Made by a program: the position numbers and the translations under genes. The notes under the pieces were generated by a model. The model did not search any database and was not told the DNA's origin. It was given only the letters and a program-made list of their open reading frames with translations. A stretch of DNA of 63,656 nucleotides, the filler included, from Tortispora ganteri (taxonomy: Eukaryota), in the NCBI GenBank assembly GCA_003707115.1. It is 14 parts of 14 records of this genome, joined end to end, with 100 filler letters (N's around TTAATTAATTAA, not from the genome) between each part and the next. Parts side by side here need not be neighbours in the genome. Positions count along the whole stretch, not along the records: positions 29,947 to 34,618 come from PPNB01000075.1; positions 34,719 to 39,365 come from PPNB01000076.1; positions 39,466 to 44,066 come from PPNB01000077.1; positions 44,167 to 48,663 come from PPNB01000078.1; 10 more parts are not named here. One strand, given 5' to 3'. Position 1 is the first letter of the stretch. Every line of letters starts with the position of its first letter. Below are positions 33,544-44,168 of this stretch, in pieces.

Positions 33544-34275
33544 TATGTCGGTTTACAGCTGTCAATGCGGTGTCACTAGTGCAGCGGCTGGAGTCGGCCC
33601 AATCGACCACTACCGAGCTAAATATGTAAAGATTAGCCCGCCCACAGACAGGCCAACTAGCAGGGAGTTAACACCAAAGCTAATAGTATTGTGTAGGCGC
33701 AGAAAAGGCTCAGACGCATTGTTGTTAAATACCCCAGGCCAGTCACATGGTTCTCGTCAATCAGCGCGCGGCCGTTACAGGCTGCCACGCTCGTCACATA
33801 GTCGTCACACGCTGCGCGCTATGCACGCGCAGTACCAATCTTCGCCACGGGTTAGCAATTCAAGTCCTCAATGCGCACACCTCGCACTCCTGGTCTTGGA
33901 GTTTATATGCGACTGTGGACCGCTCCACCATCGCCAGCTAACGGTGCTGTTAAGGTTGGGCTGACGTACGAAGAACCTTATCTGACGTCCACCCTCAGGA
34001 ACGCTCAGCCTAAAAGTACGATGTTCTACTGCGTAGGGCACCAGCCGCAATCCAACAATACGTGTAACTACAGTAGAAACGCCTAGAAGTAGTCCACTGA
34101 TGCGCTTGTATGAATAGTTGCGCAATGTGGTTTGTGTTCACACCAGCAGCGATCGTTTCTCCCTTTCTTCTTGTTGGCTCCCTTTGCTCATTCTCATCGT
34201 CCCGTCTACTACTGTTACACCAACCAATCCAGTCACCTGCACGGATGTTGACAGTTCTGTAAGTACAAAAGTAGT

Positions 34276-34618
34276 CTAGGAGGGAGGGAACACTGGGTTT
34301 CCGGAAAATCTGATGTGATAATAACCACTTTTTGAGGAATATAAAACCAGCCGTAAAGGTGTGTAGCCATTATGCAGCTCTTTGTATACGTTCAATGAGC
34401 TGGCAGCATAAGAGCTAACACTCCATCCCTCGTTCCCAATGGTCGAGATACTGTCACATGCCATTGCGCTGTCGCCACCGAATATATATCCATCGAATTT
34501 TCGGCCAAGACTGGTTGATGAACCAGACGACGTATAAAAAACTTGTACGATTTCGTTTGCCACACCAGTAAAATCAATGCCTTTCACGTAAAGCAACACC
34601 TCCAGCGTTACTGAGGCA
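34276..34618 (-). CDS. 3' end (C-terminal PA14-like domain) of a divergent family member
   Basis: EVLLYVKG...GYIFGGDSAMACDSISTIGNEGW...NGYTPLRLVLY matches the family C-domain scaffold. Confidence 0.75.
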
Positions 34619-34718
34619 NNNNNNNNNNNNNNNNNNNNNNNNNNNNNNNNNNNNNNNNNNNNTTAATTAATTAANNNNNNNNNNNNNNNNNNNNNNNNNN
34701 NNNNNNNNNNNNNNNNNN

Positions 34719-37026
34719 CTGAGCCAGATGAAACTGAGCCAGATGAAACTGAGCCAGATGACGCTGAGCCAGATGACGCTGAGTTAAACGACGCTGAGCC
34801 AGATGACGCTGAGCCAGATGACGCTGAGCCAGATGACGCTGAGCCAGATGACGCTGAGCCAGATGACGCTGAGTTAGACGACGCTGAGCCAGATGACGCT
34901 GAGTTAGACGACGCTGAGTTAGACGACGCTGAGCCAGACGACACTGAGCCAGACGACACTGAGCCAGACGAGGTAGAGCCAGAAGACAACGATCCAGATG
35001 ACAACGATCCAGATGACAACGATCCAGATGACAACGATCCAGATGACAACGATCCAGATGACGCTGAGCCAGACGAAGCTAAGCCAGATGAGGCAGAGCC
35101 AGACGCTAACGATCCAGACGATAAAGATCCAGAAGACACTGAGCCAGACGAGGTAGAGCCAGAAGACAACGATCCAGATGACAACGATCCAGATGACGCC
35201 GATCCAGATGATAACGATCCAGATGATAACGATCCAGACAATAACGATCCAGACGATAATGATCCAGAAGACAATGAGCCAGACGATGTTGACACAGATG
35301 AAGCTGAGCCAGACAATAACGATCCAGACGATGCCGATCCAGAAGATAACGAGCCAGACGACGCCAACGAGCCAGAAGGTACCGATCCAGACGCTGCCGA
35401 TCCAGACGATGCCGATCCAGACGAGGCAGAGCCAGATGACGCTGAGTTAAACGACGCTGAGCCAGATGACGCTGAGCCAGACGAAGCTAAGCCAGACGAG
35501 GCAGAGCCAGACAACGCTGAATTAGACGACGCTGAGCCAGATAACACAGAGCCAGACGATGAGACTGCAGACGAGGCAAAACCAGACGACGTTGAGTTAG
35601 ACGACGCTGAGCCAGAAGACGCTGAGCCAGACGATGACATTACAGACGAGGTAGAGCCAGATGATGCTGAGTTAGACGACGCTGAGTTAGACGACGCTGA
35701 GTTAGACGACGCTGAGTTAGACGACGCTGAGTTAGACGACGCTGAGCCAGACAACGCTGAGCTAGAAGACAATGAGCTAGAAGACAATGATCCAGACGAG
35801 GCAGAGCCAGATGACGCTGAGTTAAACGACGCTGAGCCAGATGACGCTGAGCCAGATGACGCTGATTCAGATGACGCTGAGCCAGATGACGCTGAGCCAG
35901 ATGACGCAGATTCAGACGAGGCAGACTCAGATGAGGCAGAACCAGACGATAACGATCCAGATGAGGCAAAGCCAGACGATAACGATCCAGATGAAGCAGA
36001 GCCAGATGAAGCAGAGCCAGAAGAGACAGAGCCAGAGGATGCTGAGCCAGAGGATGCTGAACCAGAGGATGCTGAACCAGAGGATGCTGAACCAGAGGAT
36101 GACGCTGAATTAGACGACGCTGAGTTAGACGACGCAGAGCCAGAGGATGACGCTGAGTTAGACGACGCTGAATTAGACGACGCTGAATTAGACGACGCTG
36201 ATTCAGACGAGGCAGATCCAGACGAGGCAGAGCCAGAGGACGACGCTGAACCAGACGAGGCAGAGCCAGACGATGACATTACAGACGACGCTGAGCCAAA
36301 AGCAGAATTAGAACGTGTTGCAGAGCTGAAGCCAAAGCTAGACATATATTCGTCAGATAAGGAAGAACCCGACTGAGTAGGCGTAGAGTTAGCCGAAGCA
36401 GACGAAAGAGTTGTGTCAGCTGAAGTTGTAGTTATTAAAGACGAAGCAGACCTAATCTCTGACGATAAAATCGAAGTAGGCAGAGAAGTGATCGTACGTG
36501 ATCCGGCTGCCGGAGGCAGCAGTGTTCCGGAAGGAGGAATTGTAGTTGTTATTATCACGGGTACTTCAATAGAGATATCTATATCTATCCTTATTGATAT
36601 AGATACTTCCTCATAGTAAGACCAGACATAGGTACAGTCATTAGTGACTAGAGGAGGAGAAGGAATACAGGATATAACAGTAGGAACGCACTGATTGCAA
36701 TACCAACCTGTTGGGATAGTTTGATAGGGTGAGCATGAGTGATCATAAGCAGTTACCGGTGTAGCTTCAGGGACACCGCCTGCACCACCTGCAGTACCAC
36801 CAGAAAAGACATTAGTGTATCCGAAATCATTTGGATTTCCAGAGTCAGAGGTGTATCCACGTCCATAGACTGTCGTGGTAGTGACAACAGGAGGCTCGCA
36901 GACCAGGGTCTGCCACTCGGTGACGGTGCTCCATACGACGTTCTGCTGCTCTGGAATGGCAAGAGCTGCGGGATCTGCAGCCGGATGGGCTGCGCGCGCA
37001 GCGAGTGCATTCCACAAGTGAGGCAT
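34719..37026 (-). CDS. Divergent family member, 5' part: Cys-rich N-domain followed directly by a 15-bp (SSGSA/SSNSA) repeat stalk
   Basis: VVWSTVTEWQTLVCEPP...GWYCNQCVPTVISCIPSPPLVTNDCTYVWSYYEEVS; no first PA14-like domain seen. Confidence 0.75.
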
Positions 37027-39149
37027 AAGTCGCAGCGTACAGAGATAACGATGAATATGTTTTCAGTATCGATTGAAGTTGTTGTTCTGCCGAGTAGAAG
37101 AGGATGCCTATATTACTGTAAACGGTTAAGTGGCATTATCCGGCGAAAGCTATTCTTAAAAGAGAGATAGATAATAAAATGACACTAGCAACTGAGAGAA
37201 CTACATTGCTTCAGTAGCTCATAGCAGAACGATTAGTTCGAAACTATAATCTGTTCGATTAAAGCTTATCATGAAATAACTAGTACTAGTGGAAAGGTGC
37301 TAATGTACAAGCTGAAAATAGTAGTAGCAAAAGCTACATAGCTGGCTGTTCGCCGGAAATATTATTATAAAACAATAAATTAAGCACAGCCATTTGATAA
37401 GTATTTATACTGTAATTGGTGTACTGATAGTGGAGTTTAGCTGCGAAAAAACGTCATACACGTCGCCACGATGTCAAAAGGTGAATGTGGGAAAGCGTGA
37501 CAGTAGTAGTGCATCCGTGGCATTGTAGCCCCATTTACCCATCCACAAAACAGATGAAAGTTGAACCTTATACATAATAAGGTTCTTACTATATGTAAGT
37601 ATATTTTTTCCCAGCTGTATGATAGCTGATAGGTTTAGGTGTAAGTATAGCTGTCTGTTGCGGTTTAAAAGCAGCTTTTAAACCAGTTGCAGGATTTTTC
37701 TATTATTTTTTTTTGGCTCTAGTGAGCCAGAAGCAAGGTCAGGAAAATAGGGTCCAACAAAGAGCAGGGTAGGTATCTTTTGTACGAGAGTGTCCGGTCA
37801 ATTGCCACTAAAATTGAATATATCATGACTCTTACTAGGCATTCGCGACCTACAAGCAGAACATGAAATCACAGTAAATAATTCGCGCACTTTGATAATC
37901 CACAAGGAGTGGAGCGACTTGCGATATACAGCTTAACTGTTTCCGTATTGGCTGTAGGTTTTGCCGAAATCGATCTAAACTTAAATGAGAACAGTGCTAC
38001 CACATACTCATAACTGGCGACAATAGGCCTATTCTTCTTGGCAGAGTGTGACTAGTAAGTACAGAACTTAGAACTTTGCAGCTAAACCTAAATAACAAAA
38101 TATCGCTTCTTCAATCACTCGATAACGAATAAGGTTCAAAAGTAACAATTACGGGCAAGTCAAACAAACTGTACCCACGTGCGGGCAATCTACGCGGTGG
38201 TGAACCAATTTGTGTTGATTGCCGATTCTTTCTAAATGATCAGTTACCAGTTCATAGCTAAAATTTTTGGGCACACTTAGAACCTTGTAGATGGCCGATT
38301 CTTTCTAAATGACTAGTTCGTAGCTAGAATTGTTGGGCACACCTAAGAGCGTTGATGTAGTGTAATTGTCACAATTGCTTTCAAGGGGAACCGGGACTCA
38401 ATTGTGAGATTTAGGTTACAACCTTATGCACGTCAAATTGACTTTCCTAGCTAGAACACATTTGGAACCGCTTTGGCAGCATTTTAGTGCTATTCTCGCT
38501 TGGTATTGATATATATACTGATATTTTAATCAAAAAGGAATAACTGCAATATTAAGCTTTTATCTTAGTTGCTTTTGATGTAGTATTGCAAATTTCGACC
38601 TGAATTTCGACCTTTCCCATAGCTTTTTTACACTTAGTGCTAACGGTCTCGACCTTGTCCCTCGCCATAGGTTGATAATGAATCGGCAAATTATTTTGAT
38701 TACATTGCTATTTAGCGTCATTAATAGCCCACCTATAGTTACCATTTTGCAGAATCTATCTCGTGTATAGTTTCCTTTCTTGAACTTATCTGCGTTAAAC
38801 CGGCATTCTTTGATATTTTCTATCGTGTAAAGGAGCCCCACATCTGAACCTATACATACCAGCACTCTTGGCTTAGTATATACGTTACCCTGGTTTTTCT
38901 AGATCCATACTGATCATAATAGAGGTTTTATATCATACGAACAGTGCACATGCAAATCCTCAGTCTAGCACTCTAATCTCTACTCACTGCGTCAATTGCA
39001 TTTTAACGAACGGCCTTTTTCTTTCTGTTTAGCAACGAGTGACCATCCCTGCTGAATCCTCCCAACCTCACCACTCCAGCCGCACGCTACACGCTGCATA
39101 CCAGGTGGGGACCTCCCAGCTGATTCTCTCTTACACGCGCACCGCGGCA

Positions 39150-39365
39150 ATGTTTACTGCCAGGACTTGCTGGGCTAAATCCCTGGTTCGCGCCTACTCA
39201 TCACTCGTAAAACTTAGACCGTACCAGGAAAAATGTATCGACTCTATTTTGACTGCGATAAACAACGGTACTAACCGTGTGGGTGTCAGCCTTGCCACCG
39301 GTGCTGGCAAAACAGTCATATTTAGTCACCTGATTGATCGCGTTACTGTCGATGATCCACTGAGA
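39150..39365 (+). CDS. IRC3: Mitochondrial DExH-box helicase Irc3, 5' fragment
   Basis: Mitochondrial-presequence-like MFTARTCWAKSLVRAYSS, Q-motif LRPYQ, RVGVSLATGAGKTVIFS. Confidence 0.8.
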
Positions 39366-39465
39366 NNNNNNNNNNNNNNNNNNNNNNNNNNNNNNNNNNN
39401 NNNNNNNNNTTAATTAATTAANNNNNNNNNNNNNNNNNNNNNNNNNNNNNNNNNNNNNNNNNNNN

Positions 39466-39501
<36 letters not shown>

Positions 39502-39550
39502 CCCGTCCCCACACTCCTTGAAACGATCAATTTATAACTACAAATATAAA

Positions 39551-41635
39551 CTAGATATTAGAGTCGAAAAGAATGTTAAAAGAGCCCCGGGATCCACTGT
39601 AGAACACAAATCGCAACGGCGTCCACCCCTCCGACAATGACAGACCAATAATCCAATAGTCCCTTGACCCCAATGCGTGCACGAGTTTCCGTCCACCGCT
39701 TCCGATTGCCTCTATGTCCCCGCACCTCATCCCGCTTTCCCCAACAAACATATACGCTAAGTAGGGGGAAGCGGGCCCATAGACAGTATTTATCCCGTTC
39801 GGTCCCTGAACATATACCAGCACCTCCGTCACTGCATTGAAATTATAGTATTTGATATCTAGAAAATTCCCAAAAATGTTCACGTCAACCTCTCTGAAAT
39901 TCCCCACCCGGTACTTCCCATCGGCTATCTCCGTTTCAGTATACTTCGTAAGATTCACCGCCCACTCTCGCGCCAGCAGCGTCTGCGACGGTTCGCACTG
40001 GCAAGCATTGGACACGACTCCGCAGCTGCTGCTACTCGAGGCGCTAGAACTCCACTGAGCTGAGCTGGATACGCTCGAACTGACACTCGAACTGGGACTT
40101 GAACTTGAACTCGAACTTGAACTCGAACTCAAACTAGAACTCAAACTAGAACTAGAACTAGAACTCAAACTAGAACTAGAACTAGAACTCAAACTAGAAC
40201 TAGAACTAGAACTAGAACTAGAACTAGAACTAGAACTAGAACTAGAACTCAAACTAGAACTAGAACTAGAACTAGAACTAGAACTAGAACTAGAACTAGA
40301 ACTAGAACTCAAACTCAAACTAGGACTAGAAATTGAACTAGAACTAGAACTAGAACTAGAACTAGAACTAGAACTAGAACTCAAACTCAAACTAGGACTA
40401 GAAATTGAACTAGAACTAGAACTAGAACTAGAACTAGAACTAGAACTAGAACTAGAACTAGAACTGGAGCTAGCACTAGAACTAGAACTCAAACTAGAAC
40501 TCAAACTAGAACTCAAACTGGAGCTAGAACTAGAACTGGAGCTAGCACTAGAACTAGAACTAAAACTAGAACTCAAACTAGAACTCAAACTAGAACTAGA
40601 ACTAGGACTCAGACTAGAACTAGGATCAACTGGCTCTGGTGATCCACTTGCAGAACCATAAACTGAAATAGTTATTGTCTCGCCGCTGATCGTAGTGAAC
40701 ATCACACTCACAGTCACAATGACTCCAGACTGACGCTTGAATTGACCCGCCGATCCCAAGCCCGCAACAGGAATCACTATACGAATTGGGAACAAATATC
40801 CACCGTCAAAGTCCACCGGAAAACTTGCCTTGAACCCATTCGAACTGTCCAGAGGGGCTGTCCCAGAAGTCCCAGAAGTACCAATAAGCTCCATGTTATC
40901 GCACCGCATGGCCAATTCACCCTCGTACACGTACGCATAAGTATCTGCAAAGTTACTAGCATCCTTTGCCTCTACATCTACAAACCCAACGTCGCCTGAT
41001 GGTTCAACGTAAAACAAGTACTCAAAATAGCCCTGTTCCGATACTGATGCCAATATAGAGTTTGACGAAACTCTCCCGGTCACATTGTCTCGTTGGTAGT
41101 TCCTGTACTCACCGTTCTGGATATCGCTCGACAACAAGTCTACCGCACCCTCGAATATAGCGGCAAATACTTCGCCTGCCCTGTAGGCAGGTCTGGTTGA
41201 GCATGCGTCTGCAGGCACTGTCGTGTGGGCTGTCGTTGGAACAGTTACTGTAGCTGTGGTGGGTGGCGTAGCGGGGTGCGTAGGCGGACGCGGAGGTGCT
41301 ATAGTCTCCGTGATAATGACTGGAATCTCAATAGAAACGTGCACGTCAACCGACACCGACATAGACACGGACTCGTAGTATGACCAGACGTAGGTGCAGT
41401 CGTCTTTGACGAGCGGCGGACTAGGTACATAAGTCACCGTAGCGGGTGTGCATTGGTTGCAGTACCAGCCTGAAACTGTAGACACATAAGGCGCGCATTG
41501 GTCGTCGTAGACAGTCGCACGTGTAGTACCAGACTCAAAAGTATACAAACGTCCGTAGACAGTAGAAGTTTCAACAGGTGGGCTGCAAATGAGCGTGTTC
41601 GTTTCCACGATAGTACTGTATATTGTCTGTACCAT
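39551..41635 (-). CDS. Adhesin-like family member A4 (complete, poly-Ser stalk)
   Basis: 694-aa ORF from ATG (MVQTIYSTIV) to FDSNI*; both PA14-like domains present. Confidence 0.82.
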   Translation of the reverse strand: MVQTIYSTIVETNTLICSPPVETSTVYGRLYTFESGTTRATVYDDQCAPYVSTVSGWYCNQCTPATVTYVPSPPLVKDDCTYVWSYYESVSMSVSVDVHVSIEIPVIITETIAPPRPPTHPATPPTTATVTVPTTAHTTVPADACSTRPAYRAGEVFAAIFEGAVDLLSSDIQNGEYRNYQRDNVTGRVSSNSILASVSEQGYFEYLFYVEPSGDVGFVDVEAKDASNFADTYAYVYEGELAMRCDNMELIGTSGTSGTAPLDSSNGFKASFPVDFDGGYLFPIRIVIPVAGLGSAGQFKRQSGVIVTVSVMFTTISGETITISVYGSASGSPEPVDPSSSLSPSSSSSLSSSLSSSFSSSSSASSSSSSSSSLSSSLSSSLSSSSSASSSSSSSSSSSSSSSSSSSSSSISSPSLSLSSSSSSSSSSSSSSSSISSPSLSLSSSSSSSSSSSSSSSSSSSLSSSSSSSSSSSSSSSSSSSLSSSSSSSLSSSSSSSLSSSLSSSSSSSSSSSPSSSVSSSVSSSAQWSSSASSSSSCGVVSNACQCEPSQTLLAREWAVNLTKYTETEIADGKYRVGNFREVDVNIFGNFLDIKYYNFNAVTEVLVYVQGPNGINTVYGPASPYLAYMFVGESGMRCGDIEAIGSGGRKLVHALGSRDYWIIGLSLSEGWTPLRFVFYSGSRGSFNILFDSNI

Positions 41636-43502
41636 AGAGAGCGATTGAAGGCAAGAAGCGGCGCACAGTGCCTCTTTTAAATCTTAGCGGAAACCATATA
41701 AAGCTTATTGCCGTCTTCAATGAAAACTTATCGTTGTCTTATTCGGCCTAGCCTTATTGACATGCTTCTACTCGCCGAATCCTGTCACAATGCCTAAATT
41801 CAAAATTGACCTTGATTGGTTGCTGCGTATTTAGAGTTATTAGCATTGAGGCTAAAACACTTCAGCCTCAAACTCGTGCGCTCGATATGCCGCAGAATGT
41901 AACTGGAAACAATCTGCATGTACCATCCAGCAACTTGCAGCGTTGTCGACACTGGTTTTATTCTGAAAAAGCAAATCCATTGTAGATTGTTATGTCGTGG
42001 AAGGCATTGATCATTGATCAGTCAATGATGTGCACTGGCCGTTGGCAAGTAAGGATGAGTATTTTCCATAACTTAAATAAAGATCAAACTAAGCTCTGCT
42101 CAATAAGTATGTAGGTTTTATGCACGTTCAAGGTTTAAATCATTCATTTAATCTGAAAAAGGACATGCTTGAGGCTGCAGTAATTAAGTAATTTTACAAA
42201 TACTGCTCTCTTCGGTCCTATCGGAGCGCTTATTTTTATTAAAGTAAGTGTTAATATCTCTAAAGCCACGTCCTATTTTGCTGTTAGTCTCTAAGTAACT
42301 CCAAATCGCACAATCACATAATTGTTCATTGATGAGATTAATCGTTGAGGGAGACTCTTTCTCCTGATCATATATGATCACTCTTATTTCATAGACGCTC
42401 TGCATTGTTGATCTCTTCAGTCTCTTCGGTCTTGGAAACCAACACCAACGATATAGCTCGCAATCTAATTGCGGTAAACTAACTTCACTGATACCTGGAT
42501 GTTCTGAGATTTAAGATATTTTAGCACTGCACTCATTTCTTGGCCAATTGGTAAACTCATCTCAAAACTTCATTAAGAGAAAAGATTGTAAGAGAAAATC
42601 TGTTGCACTTGTTGTCTTTGCTTGTTCTTGCTTGTTCTTGCTTGTTCTTCATGTAACGCAATTGCACTGCTTTGCAATACTCTGCTTTCGATACGCCATT
42701 GTACCCATCTTCGATTCCAAGCATATCATCCTGCATACTCCCGCGTGCTATACAGTCGTCATACTGCGAGATTATAGACAGTTAACTAAATCCTCAACCT
42801 TTTTTTTGTCGGATACGCCAATAACAAGGCTCATAGATTTCGTTGCGCGGTAGAATCTACCGAAAGGCAAAAATAGAAAACCTTATCTACCGTTAAACCA
42901 ACTGTGATGGTATTAGTCATGTGCCACTAACTGCCTAATTTATGATGCACCCTGTATTCCGTTCAGTCGTTTCAGCAACAAAGTATACAATGTGCTAGGC
43001 TCTGCTTCAATGATTTATTGGTCCACGGGCATTGCTGCCATGCTGCAATTTGCAGTTTGCAGTTTGCAATACAGCTGCGGTTATCGCACTAGTCTCCTCT
43101 TGCTCATTTAATTAAATTTTAAGTTCAGCTAGCATTAGTTTAGTAGGCTTTCCAAATACCGCACTTTTAGTATCGATAGTTTTGGCAATTCACGTAGACA
43201 ATGCCTGCTCATTTACATTCAGTCAAACATGCATCAATAGTAGGGGTGGCGGGGGTTTTTATATATATCGAATTACCATTTCGGGACGTCACGTGACTAG
43301 TGCTTAGTTCCCTTTCGGGAAGTCACGTGCTTGTGTATATTCCCGTCTTGTTTTGTCCCGATCGGGTAATTTCTTAAACTCTATCTCACTCATCTAATCT
43401 CCGCTATCGCCGAGATTAGTCTCCATTCCCCTTCAATTCTCTCTCTCTCTACTCCCGTCCCCACACTCTTTGAAACGATCAATTTATAACTACAAATATA
43501 AA

Positions 43503-44066
43503 CTAGATGTTAGAGTTGAAATAAGTGACAATAAAGTTGGCGTATTGACTGTAGAACACAAATCGCAACGGCGTCCACCCCTCCGACAATGACCGATCAA
43601 TATCCCACTTGAGGTCTGACTCGAATGGGTGCACCACTTTCCATCCACCGCTTCCGATTGCCTCTATGTCCCCGCATCTCATCCCGCTTTCCCCAGCAAA
43701 CATATACCCTGAGTAGGAGAAACGGTACATCACAGAGACATACCTAATCACGTTCGGTCCTTGAACATACACCAGCACCTCTGCCACTTCATTTGGATCA
43801 TTGTAGAGGATACCTACACGATCCGTATTAATACCGACGATAACCTCTCTGGAATTCCCCACCCGGTACTTCCCATCGGCTACCTCCGTTTCAGTATACT
43901 CCGTAAGATTCACCGCCCACCTTCTTGCCAGCAGCCTCTGTGAAGGTTCGCACTTGCAAGCGTTTGACACCACTCCACAGCTGCTGCTACTCGAGGCGCT
44001 AGAACTCCACTGAGCTGAGCTGGATACGCTCGAACTGACACTCGAACTGGGACTTGAACTTGAACT
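43503..44066 (-). CDS. Adhesin-like family member A5, 3' part (C-terminal domain)
   Basis: Open to contig edge; tandem upstream neighbour of A4. Confidence 0.78.
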   Translation of the reverse strand, partial: SSSSSPSSSVSSSVSSSAQWSSSASSSSSCGVVSNACKCEPSQRLLARRWAVNLTEYTETEVADGKYRVGNSREVIVGINTDRVGILYNDPNEVAEVLVYVQGPNVIRYVSVMYRFSYSGYMFAGESGMRCGDIEAIGSGGWKVVHPFESDLKWDIDRSLSEGWTPLRFVFYSQYANFIVTYFNSNI

Positions 44067-44168
44067 NNNNNNNNNNNNNNNNNNNNNNNNNNNNNNNNNN
44101 NNNNNNNNNNTTAATTAATTAANNNNNNNNNNNNNNNNNNNNNNNNNNNNNNNNNNNNNNNNNNNNTG

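Noticed and set aside
38219..38345. Imperfect ~60-bp direct repeat (gccgattctttctaaatga...gggcacac)
   Set aside because: Simple local duplication in intergenic DNA, with no further structure
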